DNA of 53,880 bases from a virus (lineage: Duplodnaviria; Caudoviricetes): positions 1 through 53,880 of IMG/VR virus record IMGVR_UViG_3300037467_001092; one strand, given 5' to 3'. Position numbers and translations under genes: made by a program. Shown here in pieces: positions 27,236-34,762 of the stretch. The notes beneath the pieces are model-generated. The model was not told where the DNA came from. It made no database searches and worked only from the letters and a program-made list of their open reading frames with translations. The stretch's first letter is position 1. Every line of letters starts with the position of its first letter.

Positions 27236-27628
27236 ATGAAGGGAATCAATGATATGGCCTCAAACGCCAGTCGTGCGGCGCATGGGGACCCTGCCCATGC
27301 TGCCCCCAAGGCCCAGCCCTCTGCGGCGCACACGCCGGGGCCTTGGGTAAAAGGTCGATACGGCGAGCTCCAGGGCTCCGATGGCGCCACGGTCTGCGTC
27401 AAAGGCTTGGGCGTATCCATTTCGCTCAGCGGCGATCCTTACCCAGTAGCCGAGGCCAACGCCCGCCTGATCGCCGCCGCTCCTGACATGTACGAGGCGC
27501 TGAAGGAAGCGGAGCGAATCCTAGACTACTTCGCGAACGGCCGAACCTCGTTCGTCGGTGGAGGAACACCGCGGAACGCCCACGAGATGGTCCGCGCCGC
27601 CATCGCCCGCGCCGAGAACCCGTCGTGA
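27236..27628 (+). CDS. Phage protein with HTPGPW...ANARLIAAAP motif
   Basis: Common phage accessory motif; the N-terminus is encoded by a repeat shared with 28154. Confidence 0.7.
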   Translation: MKGINDMASNASRAAHGDPAHAAPKAQPSAAHTPGPWVKGRYGELQGSDGATVCVKGLGVSISLSGDPYPVAEANARLIAAAPDMYEALKEAERILDYFANGRTSFVGGGTPRNAHEMVRAAIARAENPS

Positions 27629-27671
27629 ACCCCCTAGTGAGTTCTGAGATCGAGATAGGGATTGAAAAGCT

Positions 27672-27881
27672 ATGAACAACGACCACTGCTTCATCTGCGC
27701 CGCGCCTCTAGTCGAAGGCCAGATGGTGCTGCCGGATATGTCCGGCGGTCTCGGACACCGAGTCTGCTTCGGCTACGACCGGGAAGGCTTCGTCAAGGAC
27801 ATCGAAACCGGAGAACCGCTCGGGCCGCATGACGCCATCCCCACCGGGTTCCCCTATGCTCCGGAGATCGAAACGCCATGA
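27672..27881 (+). CDS. Small Zn-binding protein
   Basis: CFIC...HRVC. Confidence 0.55.
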   Translation: MNNDHCFICAAPLVEGQMVLPDMSGGLGHRVCFGYDREGFVKDIETGEPLGPHDAIPTGFPYAPEIETP

Positions 27882-27901
27882 GTGAGACAGGAACCTGAGC
27901 G

Positions 27902-28063
27902 ATGAGCGCCGACTTCGTCTTTCAGGCCTTCGTCATTGCTGTCGTGGGCGTCCCCTTCTTCAAGATCGGCTTAGACGTGCTGTTGCGGCGCGACCCGCCC
28001 GTGCGACCCCTACAGCCGCATCGCATCCGCCGACGCTCCAAGACCCCTGAGACAGGGACCTGA
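27902..28063 (+). CDS. Small membrane peptide (53 aa)
   Basis: MSADFVFQAFVIAVVGVPFFKIGLDVLL, flanked by a 16-bp direct repeat. Confidence 0.45.
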   Translation: MSADFVFQAFVIAVVGVPFFKIGLDVLLRRDPPVRPLQPHRIRRRSKTPETGT

Positions 28064-28153
28064 CAGCCGTGAGCCATGTTCGCAAACTCGGCCGCCGTAC
28101 CCACAAACCTACCCCTCCCCGATCCGCCCACCCCCTCCCTAGGAGGAGAATAA

Positions 28154-28405
28154 ATGGAAGATATGGCATCAAGAGCCAGTCGTGCGCGGACAGGGCCCCT
28201 GCCCCGTCCTGACACAGACGCCGAGCCTTCTGCGGCCTGTTCAAACTGCCCGATGGAGCTCGGGTGCGGCTCGTTCGAGGTCTGTCGGATCATGTCAATG
28301 ACCAACGACGAGATCATCGCATCGACGCCAGATGCCGAGCGGGTTGCGGAGGAGATGCGGGCGATCCTGCTGGACGCCATCGCCAAGGCGGAGGGACGCG
28401 CGTGA
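28154..28405 (+). CDS. Hypothetical protein
   Basis: SD AGGAGG, CxxC motif. Confidence 0.6.
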   Translation: MEDMASRASRARTGPLPRPDTDAEPSAACSNCPMELGCGSFEVCRIMSMTNDEIIASTPDAERVAEEMRAILLDAIAKAEGRA

Positions 28406-28584
28406 AACTGCGACTATATTGCGCCTACTGTGGTCAGTCTTGGTACGAGGGACAGAGGCCGCTCTGCAACCACACCGAAGACGTGGTGCCTTACGAGGCG
28501 ATCCACTCTCAGGATGGCACCACTGAACGCCAGCCAGAGCCCCGGGAGGAATCCCAAACATCCTGCGATCTGAAGGGAAGATGA
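28402..28584 (+). CDS. Small CxxC protein ending in a boundary element
   Basis: GTGA-coupled, CAYC, C-terminal QDGTTERQ. Confidence 0.55.
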   Translation: MKLRLYCAYCGQSWYEGQRPLCNHTEDVVPYEAIHSQDGTTERQPEPREESQTSCDLKGR

Positions 28585-28880
28585 TGTTCGATATGGTGGA
28601 GCGAGTAGCGAGGGCGATCTACGAGGCCGCCCGCGCGCCGCAGGAGGGCATTCCGTGGGAAATGGCGGAACAAGAAGAGGCCATCCGAGAGGCCCGCGCC
28701 GCTATCGACACCACCAAGATCGCATTGAAAGAACACCTCGCGACATTGGAAGAAGTGTTCGGGCCGGCCAAGAGCGCGGAGCATGTGACGGAGCGTATCT
28801 GGCACGCGTTCTACACCGGACCGCAATTCTATGACGCCGCCCTGGCCGAGGGAACCGAGGCCCCACAGGTTGACGGCTAG
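28581..28880 (+). CDS. Hypothetical protein
   Basis: MVERVARAIY...ARAAI motif; the stop lies in a boundary element. Confidence 0.65.
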   Translation: MMFDMVERVARAIYEAARAPQEGIPWEMAEQEEAIREARAAIDTTKIALKEHLATLEEVFGPAKSAEHVTERIWHAFYTGPQFYDAALAEGTEAPQVDG

Positions 28881-28896
28881 GCCCCGGGAACGAACC

Positions 28897-29100
28897 ATGA
28901 CCGAAAGAACCTACCTCCCAGGCCTAGAAGACCAACCTCATGATGTGGTCCTAACCCTACCTGCCAGGGAGTGGGCGGCTCTGGTGATGCTGAGGGACCA
29001 GACGTTCAGTGGCCGGCCGCTCGAGCTCGTGGCCCGAAAGCTGGTTCAGGACGGGCTCATCCAGTGTGGAATTTTAGCGCCCCAGAAGGGAAGACAATGA
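28897..29100 (+). CDS. Hypothetical protein
   Basis: ATG directly after the element GGGAACGAACC. Confidence 0.55.
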   Translation: MTERTYLPGLEDQPHDVVLTLPAREWAALVMLRDQTFSGRPLELVARKLVQDGLIQCGILAPQKGRQ

Positions 29101-29384
29101 GCGACCTCCAGAAATTCGCCATCGTCTTTGCGACCGCTGCCATGGGGTGGTTCACCACTGGCGCCATCGCCGCGTCATGGACGGCAAGCGAACTGCTGGG
29201 CGCCGGCGGTTGGGCAGACTTGGCAATAGTCTCGATTGTGGGCGGATCGGCTGGCTGCCTGGCGTGGTCTCTTCTTTTGATCGCTCTGGCGTTCATCCGA
29301 GGCAAGGCGGCGGGGCGCAAGTGGCTGCAGCGGCTAAGCGCCCTCACGGGTCACTTCGCCCCTCCCGCAAGAGGGACGTCGTAG
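29097..29384 (+). CDS. Two-TM membrane protein
   Basis: MSDLQKFAIVFATAAMGW..., two hydrophobic segments. Confidence 0.6.
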   Translation: MSDLQKFAIVFATAAMGWFTTGAIAASWTASELLGAGGWADLAIVSIVGGSAGCLAWSLLLIALAFIRGKAAGRKWLQRLSALTGHFAPPARGTS

Positions 29385-29410
29385 GCCGCTGCAGCACGCT
29401 CCAGATAGCA

Positions 29411-29441
29411 GAAAGGCCGGCCCCTGTGAAGGAACCGGCCT
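29411..29441 (-). terminator. Terminator between convergent operons
   Basis: AGGCCGG-loop-CCGGCCT followed by TTC on the minus strand. Confidence 0.55.
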
Positions 29442-29484
29442 GAGGCGGTCTAGCCGCTGGGGATCATGCGTAAGCCCGCCGGCG

Positions 29485-29733
29485 TCAGAACAGGCCGAAG
29501 CGTTTTCGCTTCTTCGGCTGAGCGCTGTCCACGATAGCCACCACAGCGGCTCTCCGCTTGTCGCACTCCTGCAAGGCCGCCTCCTGATCCTTGGCGAAGG
29601 ACGCCAGATCCCCGACCGTACGCATAGGGCTTACCGGTCCTACGCACTTGGCCCTGAGGCTATCGGAGATCGTCAGCGTCGGAGCACGCGGGGTCACCGT
29701 CCCGCAGGCTTGCAAGCCCAGCGCAGAGAGCAT
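29485..29733 (-). CDS. o-spanin (Rz1-like lipoprotein)
   Basis: Lipobox LQAC, overlaps the 3' end of the i-spanin. Confidence 0.7.
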   Translation of the reverse strand: MLSALGLQACGTVTPRAPTLTISDSLRAKCVGPVSPMRTVGDLASFAKDQEAALQECDKRRAAVVAIVDSAQPKKRKRFGLF

Positions 29734-30007
29734 CACGAAGGGCAGGGTCAAGCGGCTGGTCAGCAGTCGGGGCTTGGCGGATCGAACGCTCTGCATTGGC
29801 GGCCTTCTCTCGAATGACGATAGTCTGAGTGTGGTAGCGGTCGAGCACCTTCGCCGAGGCCGTATCGACCTTGCTCTGAGCTTCGGCGTTTGACGCCCTT
29901 GTCTCGGCGGCCTTTCGACGACCGAAAGGGTCGAAGGACCAGGCCAGCCACCCCATCACCAGAATGACGGCCAGGGCGGCGACGGCGTAGAAGGCTAGCC
30001 GTTTCAT
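29660..30007 (-). CDS. i-spanin (Rz-like)
   Basis: N-terminal TM plus helical periplasmic part, coupled to the endolysin stop. Confidence 0.7.
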   Translation of the reverse strand: MKRLAFYAVAALAVILVMGWLAWSFDPFGRRKAAETRASNAEAQSKVDTASAKVLDRYHTQTIVIREKAANAERSIRQAPTADQPLDPALRDALCAGLASLRDGDPACSDADDLR

Positions 30008-30750
30008 CAGTGTTTCGCCCCCCGCGCGTCCAGCCAACGGAACACCATGATCGCGATGCCCGCGGCGACGATCACCCCGGCGATGATCCCGCCCAGCTTG
30101 GCGAGGTATTCGGAGTAGTAGGCCTGGGGCGCGACAAGCGCCTGAACCTGCCGCGCGCCTTCGGCCACACCTGAGACCGCGACGGTCGCCCCAGCCCACA
30201 TGGTTTTCGACTGCACCATGGGCTTGACGGTCGCCTCGGGCGCGGGGGGCGTGGGGATTATCCTAGTCACTGAGGATGGGACGTGAGCCTCTTCCGGGCT
30301 GTCCGACAGCCAGAGGTTCACTTCGGCCTGTCGGCGACGCTCTAGGCCGCGCAGCACCTTCCCACCGGCGCGGTTGAAGCGCTTGATCTGGTCGGGAACC
30401 GCGGCGAACTCTTTCCGGCGCAGGAAGCCCCAGATCTTCCATTCCGGCGATGAGCCCCCGGTGCCCAGGTTGAACACGAAGCTCACCATGGCGCCGTACT
30501 GGCCCTCGCCCAGCGCGGCCACGACCTCGGCCCCGATCTTGCGCTCAAGGCGCTTGGCGGCGATCTGGAGGTCTTCTTCGAACCACATGTCCGACTGGCG
30601 TTGGGTGATCCTCGTGCCGATCTTGCCGCCGGGGACCACATGCCCCCTGCCCCCGGTCACGATGCCCACGCCATCGTCGTAGAGGGTCAGGACGTCTTTC
30701 TCATAGTCGGCAATGAGCGCACGGGCTCGCGCCGGGACTGGCCGGGTCAT
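30007..30750 (-). CDS. GH24 lysozyme endolysin with C-terminal hydrophobic helices
   Basis: E-x8-D-x5-T triad (YEKDVLTLYDDGVGIVT), SFVFNLG, GLERRRQAE. Confidence 0.9.
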   Translation of the reverse strand: MTRPVPARARALIADYEKDVLTLYDDGVGIVTGGRGHVVPGGKIGTRITQRQSDMWFEEDLQIAAKRLERKIGAEVVAALGEGQYGAMVSFVFNLGTGGSSPEWKIWGFLRRKEFAAVPDQIKRFNRAGGKVLRGLERRRQAEVNLWLSDSPEEAHVPSSVTRIIPTPPAPEATVKPMVQSKTMWAGATVAVSGVAEGARQVQALVAPQAYYSEYLAKLGGIIAGVIVAAGIAIMVFRWLDARGAKH

Positions 30751-30888
30751 GGAAACCTCGCGATGTGAGGGGCTATGCGCTTCAGCGCATAAGGTTGGTT
30801 TATGCCGTTTGGGGCATACTCTGGCGGCGTGTTGGGCCGGTGATGTACAGGTTTCTGTACAGGTCTAGGCGGCTGATCGAACGTCGCC

Positions 30889-30923
30889 GTTCTCTTGTTG
30901 TTCGCGCTGGTTGGTGGTATATT
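30889..30923 (+). promoter_or_regulatory. Promoter overlapped by a LexA-type box
   Basis: GTTC-TCTTGTT-GTTC (30889-30903) over -35 TTGTTG, extended -10 TGgTATATT 6 nt before ATG 30930. Confidence 0.6.
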
Positions 30924-30929
30924 CCTGCG

Positions 30930-31601
30930 ATGAAGCAGGTTGATCACACAGGCGCGCGCTTCGGTTCGTGGACAGCCCTGTCGCTCGCCAGGACGGACGG
31001 GCATCGTACGTGGTGGCTTGTTCGGTGCGACTGTGGCCTAGAAAAAACCTTGCGCGCAGATAGCCTTACAACCGGTCGCTCACGTCGCTGCGTGAGGTGC
31101 CAAGCTGCTGAGAGCAGCGTCAACAATCGGACGCACGGAAAGTCTCATGGGCCAACGTGGCGGTCCTGGGCCTCGATGCGCGAACGATGCTCTAGACCAG
31201 CCACGGCGGGTTATATGGACTATGGCGGCCGAGGCATCTCGGTCTGTGAGCGATGGCAATCCTTTGAGTGCTTCTACGCGGATATGGGCGAGCGCCCTGC
31301 TGGGACTACGCTTGACCGCATAGACCCGGACGGCAACTACGAGCCAGATAACTGCCGCTGGGCAACGCCCAAGCAGCAGAACCGCAATCGGCGCAGGACG
31401 GTGTTCCTGTCCGCGAACGGGCGAAGGCAGAGCCTAAGCGCGTGGGCCGAGGAGTTGGGCTTCTCTCACATCACGCTTTACAAGCGATATGTCGCAGGCT
31501 GGCCGGACGATAAGATCGTCAACACGCCGAAGCTTCCCCCGCACTGCCCTAAGCCGCGCGCACGTCAGCTCCGTCCCCCGAGTAGCGAGAGCGAACACTA
31601 A
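30930..31601 (+). CDS. HNH homing-endonuclease-like protein, antisense in the lysis cassette
   Basis: GARFGSW, CDCG, YGGRGISVCERW, TLDRIDPDGNYEPDNCRWAT. Confidence 0.85.
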   Translation: MKQVDHTGARFGSWTALSLARTDGHRTWWLVRCDCGLEKTLRADSLTTGRSRRCVRCQAAESSVNNRTHGKSHGPTWRSWASMRERCSRPATAGYMDYGGRGISVCERWQSFECFYADMGERPAGTTLDRIDPDGNYEPDNCRWATPKQQNRNRRRTVFLSANGRRQSLSAWAEELGFSHITLYKRYVAGWPDDKIVNTPKLPPHCPKPRARQLRPPSSESEH

Positions 31602-32661
31602 GCATCGACTTGAACTCAATGTCGGTGATGAGTCCACCTTGGACGGTCATGGGCACGACTCCCCACCACCATCCCGTCGGCGCCCCATGCTGGATGTAGT
31701 GCTCGATCTCCCCCCACGGCAGCGCGCACCCGACCTCAACCATGGATATCACATCGAGCGGGCCGATCTTCGCCGCATCATGAAGCTGCTTGCGATGCGT
31801 GTGACCGCCTACAACGGGCACGGTGCTCTTGTTCGCCGCACGCTGCGGCCCGGTCTCACCGCCAAACGCCCGCCCGGCCCCGTTGGTCGCATGATGGGCG
31901 AACCCGACTTGCTCGATGTAGTGCAGCTCGCCATACGGTCTGACGCGCCAGCCGAACTGCGCGAAGGTCTCATCACGCGCCAGCGTGAACGTGCCCACGC
32001 TTTCCGGATGACTGTTCTCCCATCGCTCCAGTCGGTGCTCGTGATTCCCCATGAGGAAATCCAGCTTGGGGCGGTAGTCTTCCGCCATGCCCCTCCGGAA
32101 AGCCTGATGGGAGGCCGTGAGGTTGCCAAGGTCGTCCTTGAAGCCGGGCTTGAACCTTGCAGCCATGCTGTCCGGCTTGTCATGGCTGGAGGCGCAATCG
32201 AACGTCCCCCAATCACCGATCTGGATAATGCGGTCGAAGCGTTGCTCCGATGCAAAGCGGGCGATCCAGGTCAGGACGTCCAGACGGTGCTCGTGCCTCG
32301 GGTCTTGGTGGAGATCCCCGATTACGAGAATCCGCTGTGAGCGGCCCGAGGGCTGCATAAAGATCGGGTCCGGCGGCGGAGCCGGGTGGAGCACCACGCG
32401 AGGCGTGGGCATCTGGTACCGCGCCGCTCGATACAGGCCCCAGTCCGGCTCGAACCCCGTTCCGCTAAGGGATCTAGCAGCGCTGTCGAAGGCGTTGGGA
32501 CTGTGGAACTCACCTTCCTTGACGGCCTCTTGAGCCGCCATGGTGATGGCGCCGAAGCCGGGGCCGTGGAGACCTGGGGGCCGGTGGCCTTCGCGGAGTT
32601 TCTGCTCGATGCGATGCTTCACCGATAGCTTCTGGTCGTCAGTCCGAGGCGGTGTTGGCAA
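31549..32661 (-). CDS. Calcineurin-like metallophosphoesterase
   Basis: GDLH, GDWG.FD, GNHE, GHTH motifs. Confidence 0.85.
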   Translation of the reverse strand: MPTPPRTDDQKLSVKHRIEQKLREGHRPPGLHGPGFGAITMAAQEAVKEGEFHSPNAFDSAARSLSGTGFEPDWGLYRAARYQMPTPRVVLHPAPPPDPIFMQPSGRSQRILVIGDLHQDPRHEHRLDVLTWIARFASEQRFDRIIQIGDWGTFDCASSHDKPDSMAARFKPGFKDDLGNLTASHQAFRRGMAEDYRPKLDFLMGNHEHRLERWENSHPESVGTFTLARDETFAQFGWRVRPYGELHYIEQVGFAHHATNGAGRAFGGETGPQRAANKSTVPVVGGHTHRKQLHDAAKIGPLDVISMVEVGCALPWGEIEHYIQHGAPTGWWWGVVPMTVQGGLITDIEFKSMLSVRSRYSGDGADVRAA

Positions 32662-32664
32662 GTG

Positions 32665-32844
32665 TCAGCCTTCCTCATCGGCGAGACCATCGAAGGTCCC
32701 CGGTGCTGGTTTCCGCCTCACGCCGCGCTTGGGCAGCGGGTGGAGCTGGTTTTCGGGATCGGCGTTCCACTGGTACCGGACGAGCCGGTAAGCGTGGTGG
32801 CAGGCGGGCCAGAAGACCCGCCAGTTGGTTTCTTCAAGGATCAT
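32665..32844 (-). CDS. Hypothetical protein preceded by a boundary element
   Basis: MILEETNWRVFW; the SD GGGAGG is supplied by the repeat. Confidence 0.5.
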   Translation of the reverse strand: MILEETNWRVFWPACHHAYRLVRYQWNADPENQLHPLPKRGVRRKPAPGTFDGLADEEG

Positions 32845-33002
32845 GACGGTTCCTCCCGGGACCACGCCCCGGGCGTTCATTGGTGTCTTGAATTTCTGCC
32901 GCGCGCCTGTAGACTCGAAATGTCCGAAAGGATCGCGACCCGGCGCGAGTGGGGGTGGCTCCGGTAACAGCGCCCCCGCCTCTCACTTGAGAGGAACATC
33001 CG

Positions 33003-33242
33003 ATGGGTTCAAACTCGGTCATCATGGACGCCCAGCGTCGCTCACTACTAGCAACGGTCGGTCTCTTCGTTATTGGCGGCTACGTGATCGGTTTCGCCGT
33101 CGCGATTTGGGTTCTGCAACCCGAAAGACCTTGGTTGCTGCTATTCTCCGCGGGTGTCGCGGTCATCTGTCTGGCCGCCGCAAGAATGTGGCTGGCGCTG
33201 AGTCGCGCCGAGGGCACCGAGGCCGCAACCACGCCTCGCTAG
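33003..33242 (+). CDS. Two-TM moron protein
   Basis: Hydrophobic, SD GAGG, stop inside a boundary element. Confidence 0.6.
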   Translation: MGSNSVIMDAQRRSLLATVGLFVIGGYVIGFAVAIWVLQPERPWLLLFSAGVAVICLAAARMWLALSRAEGTEAATTPR

Positions 33243-33257
33243 GCCCTGGGATGAACC

Positions 33258-33371
33258 CTAAAACGCCACCGTCACTCGAAGCAGCTCTGCTCGGATGACT
33301 ACTGAGCGAGGGGCCGAGGCGCACCCCGCAACATAGATCCCGGCCAGGAGAACAAGCGCCAGGCGGGTCAT
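33258..33371 (-). CDS. Small lipoprotein (37 aa)
   Basis: MTRLALVLLAGIYVAGC lipobox, ATGA-coupled. Confidence 0.45.
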   Translation of the reverse strand: MTRLALVLLAGIYVAGCASAPRSVVIRAELLRVTVAF

Positions 33372-33610
33372 CCGATCAGGCCTGTCTTGAACAAGACCAC
33401 GGTGACCAAGAGCACGATGGCCGTTCCCGAGACGGCGAGCAGGATGCTCTGGAGGAGGTTCTTGTGAGCGGCGTTGTCCGCCTTCAGGTCGCCAAGCTTC
33501 TCAAAGATGGCGCTGTAGCGCTCCGCGCAGACCGCCTCGTGGCTGTCGATCTTCGCATGTGCGTTTTCAGCCACGGCCAGGGCCACAGCCGCGGTCGGTC
33601 GCTCTGTCAT
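33368..33610 (-). CDS. Holin/XhlA-like membrane protein
   Basis: HEAVCAERY coiled coil plus C-terminal TM, upstream of lysis genes. Confidence 0.55.
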   Translation of the reverse strand: MTERPTAAVALAVAENAHAKIDSHEAVCAERYSAIFEKLGDLKADNAAHKNLLQSILLAVSGTAIVLLVTVVLFKTGLIG

Positions 33611-33975
33611 TCATCGGGGCTTTCGGCTGGGCGGGGAAGGGTTGCGGAGCCGGACTCCGCGACATACGGTCAAGCTGTTCAGGTGGAGCTTCAAGTGACC
33701 GCAGTTTTGATGACCGCAGTCGGCGGCGTGGTTGGTGTCGTTGCGGTATTCGCCGCGCTGTTGGCCCTTGGGCGCCGCGCCTTCACGGATGACGGCCTTG
33801 CGGTTCAGCCTCGCGCGTGCGCCTGGGCGGACGAAAGCAAGCGGCGCAGCTGGGCGGAGCGCTTCGGCGCTTAAGCCTCAGACTCGCGCCCTAGGTGTGG
33901 CGGGTTGACGCGGGCGCCTGCGCGGGTAGAGTCGCCTTAGGCGGCATCCCGCCGACGACGGGCCGGGGGGCTCAC

Positions 33976-34620
33976 ATGACGCTGACGGTTGATCTCGTAG
34001 AGGCGAACCGGTCGCAGGGCCGGGTTATCGACGACCACTTCCTCTATAAGGCTTGGGAGCGCACCAATCAGGCGCTCTGGCACATGCCGCGTAACGTCAA
34101 CTCCATCCTCGACATCGGCTGTGCGGATGGGCGAGGAACCTCGGTGTTCCGCTTTGCCTATCCCAATGCCAGGATCGAGGGCATGGAAGGTGTACCAGAG
34201 CGGGCCGAGATGGCGCGCAAGTGGTGCGACAGGGTGCATACCTGTTTTCTGCAGGATGCCGACTTCAACGCCGGAAGCTTCGATGTGGTCTATTCCGGCG
34301 AGGTGGTCGAGCACGTTCCTTACGAGGACGCTGACGCCTTCATCGCTGCCTACGCCCGCGTCCTGAAGCCTGGCGGGGTCGCCATTCTCACGACGCCAAA
34401 CCCCAACTACATCCGCTTGTGGCTGACCGGCCGGAAGGTGACCGACGATCCGTCCCACTTCTCGGAATGGTCGGTGACGAACCTACGCCGGCTGGTCGAG
34501 AAGCACGGCCTGAAGTTCCGTCTCGCCCAAGGCACCGGCCGCATGGCGCGCAAGCTCGGCACCGCCCTTCCGGTCAGCCCGTTCTATGGCTCCTACATGC
34601 TGGTAGCGGAAAAACCCTAG
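33976..34620 (+). CDS. Class I SAM-dependent methyltransferase (moron)
   Basis: ILDIGCADG, FDVVYSGEVVEHV, RVLKPGG, TTPN. Own promoter TTGACG (33905) and TAGAGT (33927). Confidence 0.85.
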   Translation: MTLTVDLVEANRSQGRVIDDHFLYKAWERTNQALWHMPRNVNSILDIGCADGRGTSVFRFAYPNARIEGMEGVPERAEMARKWCDRVHTCFLQDADFNAGSFDVVYSGEVVEHVPYEDADAFIAAYARVLKPGGVAILTTPNPNYIRLWLTGRKVTDDPSHFSEWSVTNLRRLVEKHGLKFRLAQGTGRMARKLGTALPVSPFYGSYMLVAEKP

Positions 34621-34730
34621 AAGGCGTGCCCGAGGTAGAGCAGCCACAGGACGCCGTAGACGGCCGCCGCGCTGCCTGCGATCAGAACGAAGAGCGTGAA
34701 GTTGTCGCTGTCGCGGTTCGGGCGCTTCAT
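34617..34730 (-). CDS. Small membrane peptide (37 aa)
   Basis: MKRPNRDSDNFTLFVLIAGSAAAVYGVLWLLYLGHAF. Confidence 0.4.
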   Translation of the reverse strand: MKRPNRDSDNFTLFVLIAGSAAAVYGVLWLLYLGHAF

Positions 34731-34762
34731 AGCCAAGGTTTAGCCGATGCCCTTTCTGTCGG

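Noticed and set aside
28892-28906. GAAC-N7-GAAA as an SOS box
   Set aside because: Imperfect, overlaps a start codon and has no promoter nearby.
30751-31601. Group I intron carrying the HNH gene
   Set aside because: The HNH is antisense to the late transcript, both flanking genes look intact, and no intron core was recognised.
20561-33258. Classical integron or CRISPR array
   Set aside because: No RYYYAAC/GTTRRRY attC ends, no integron-integrase features recognised, no regular repeat-spacer period and no cas genes.
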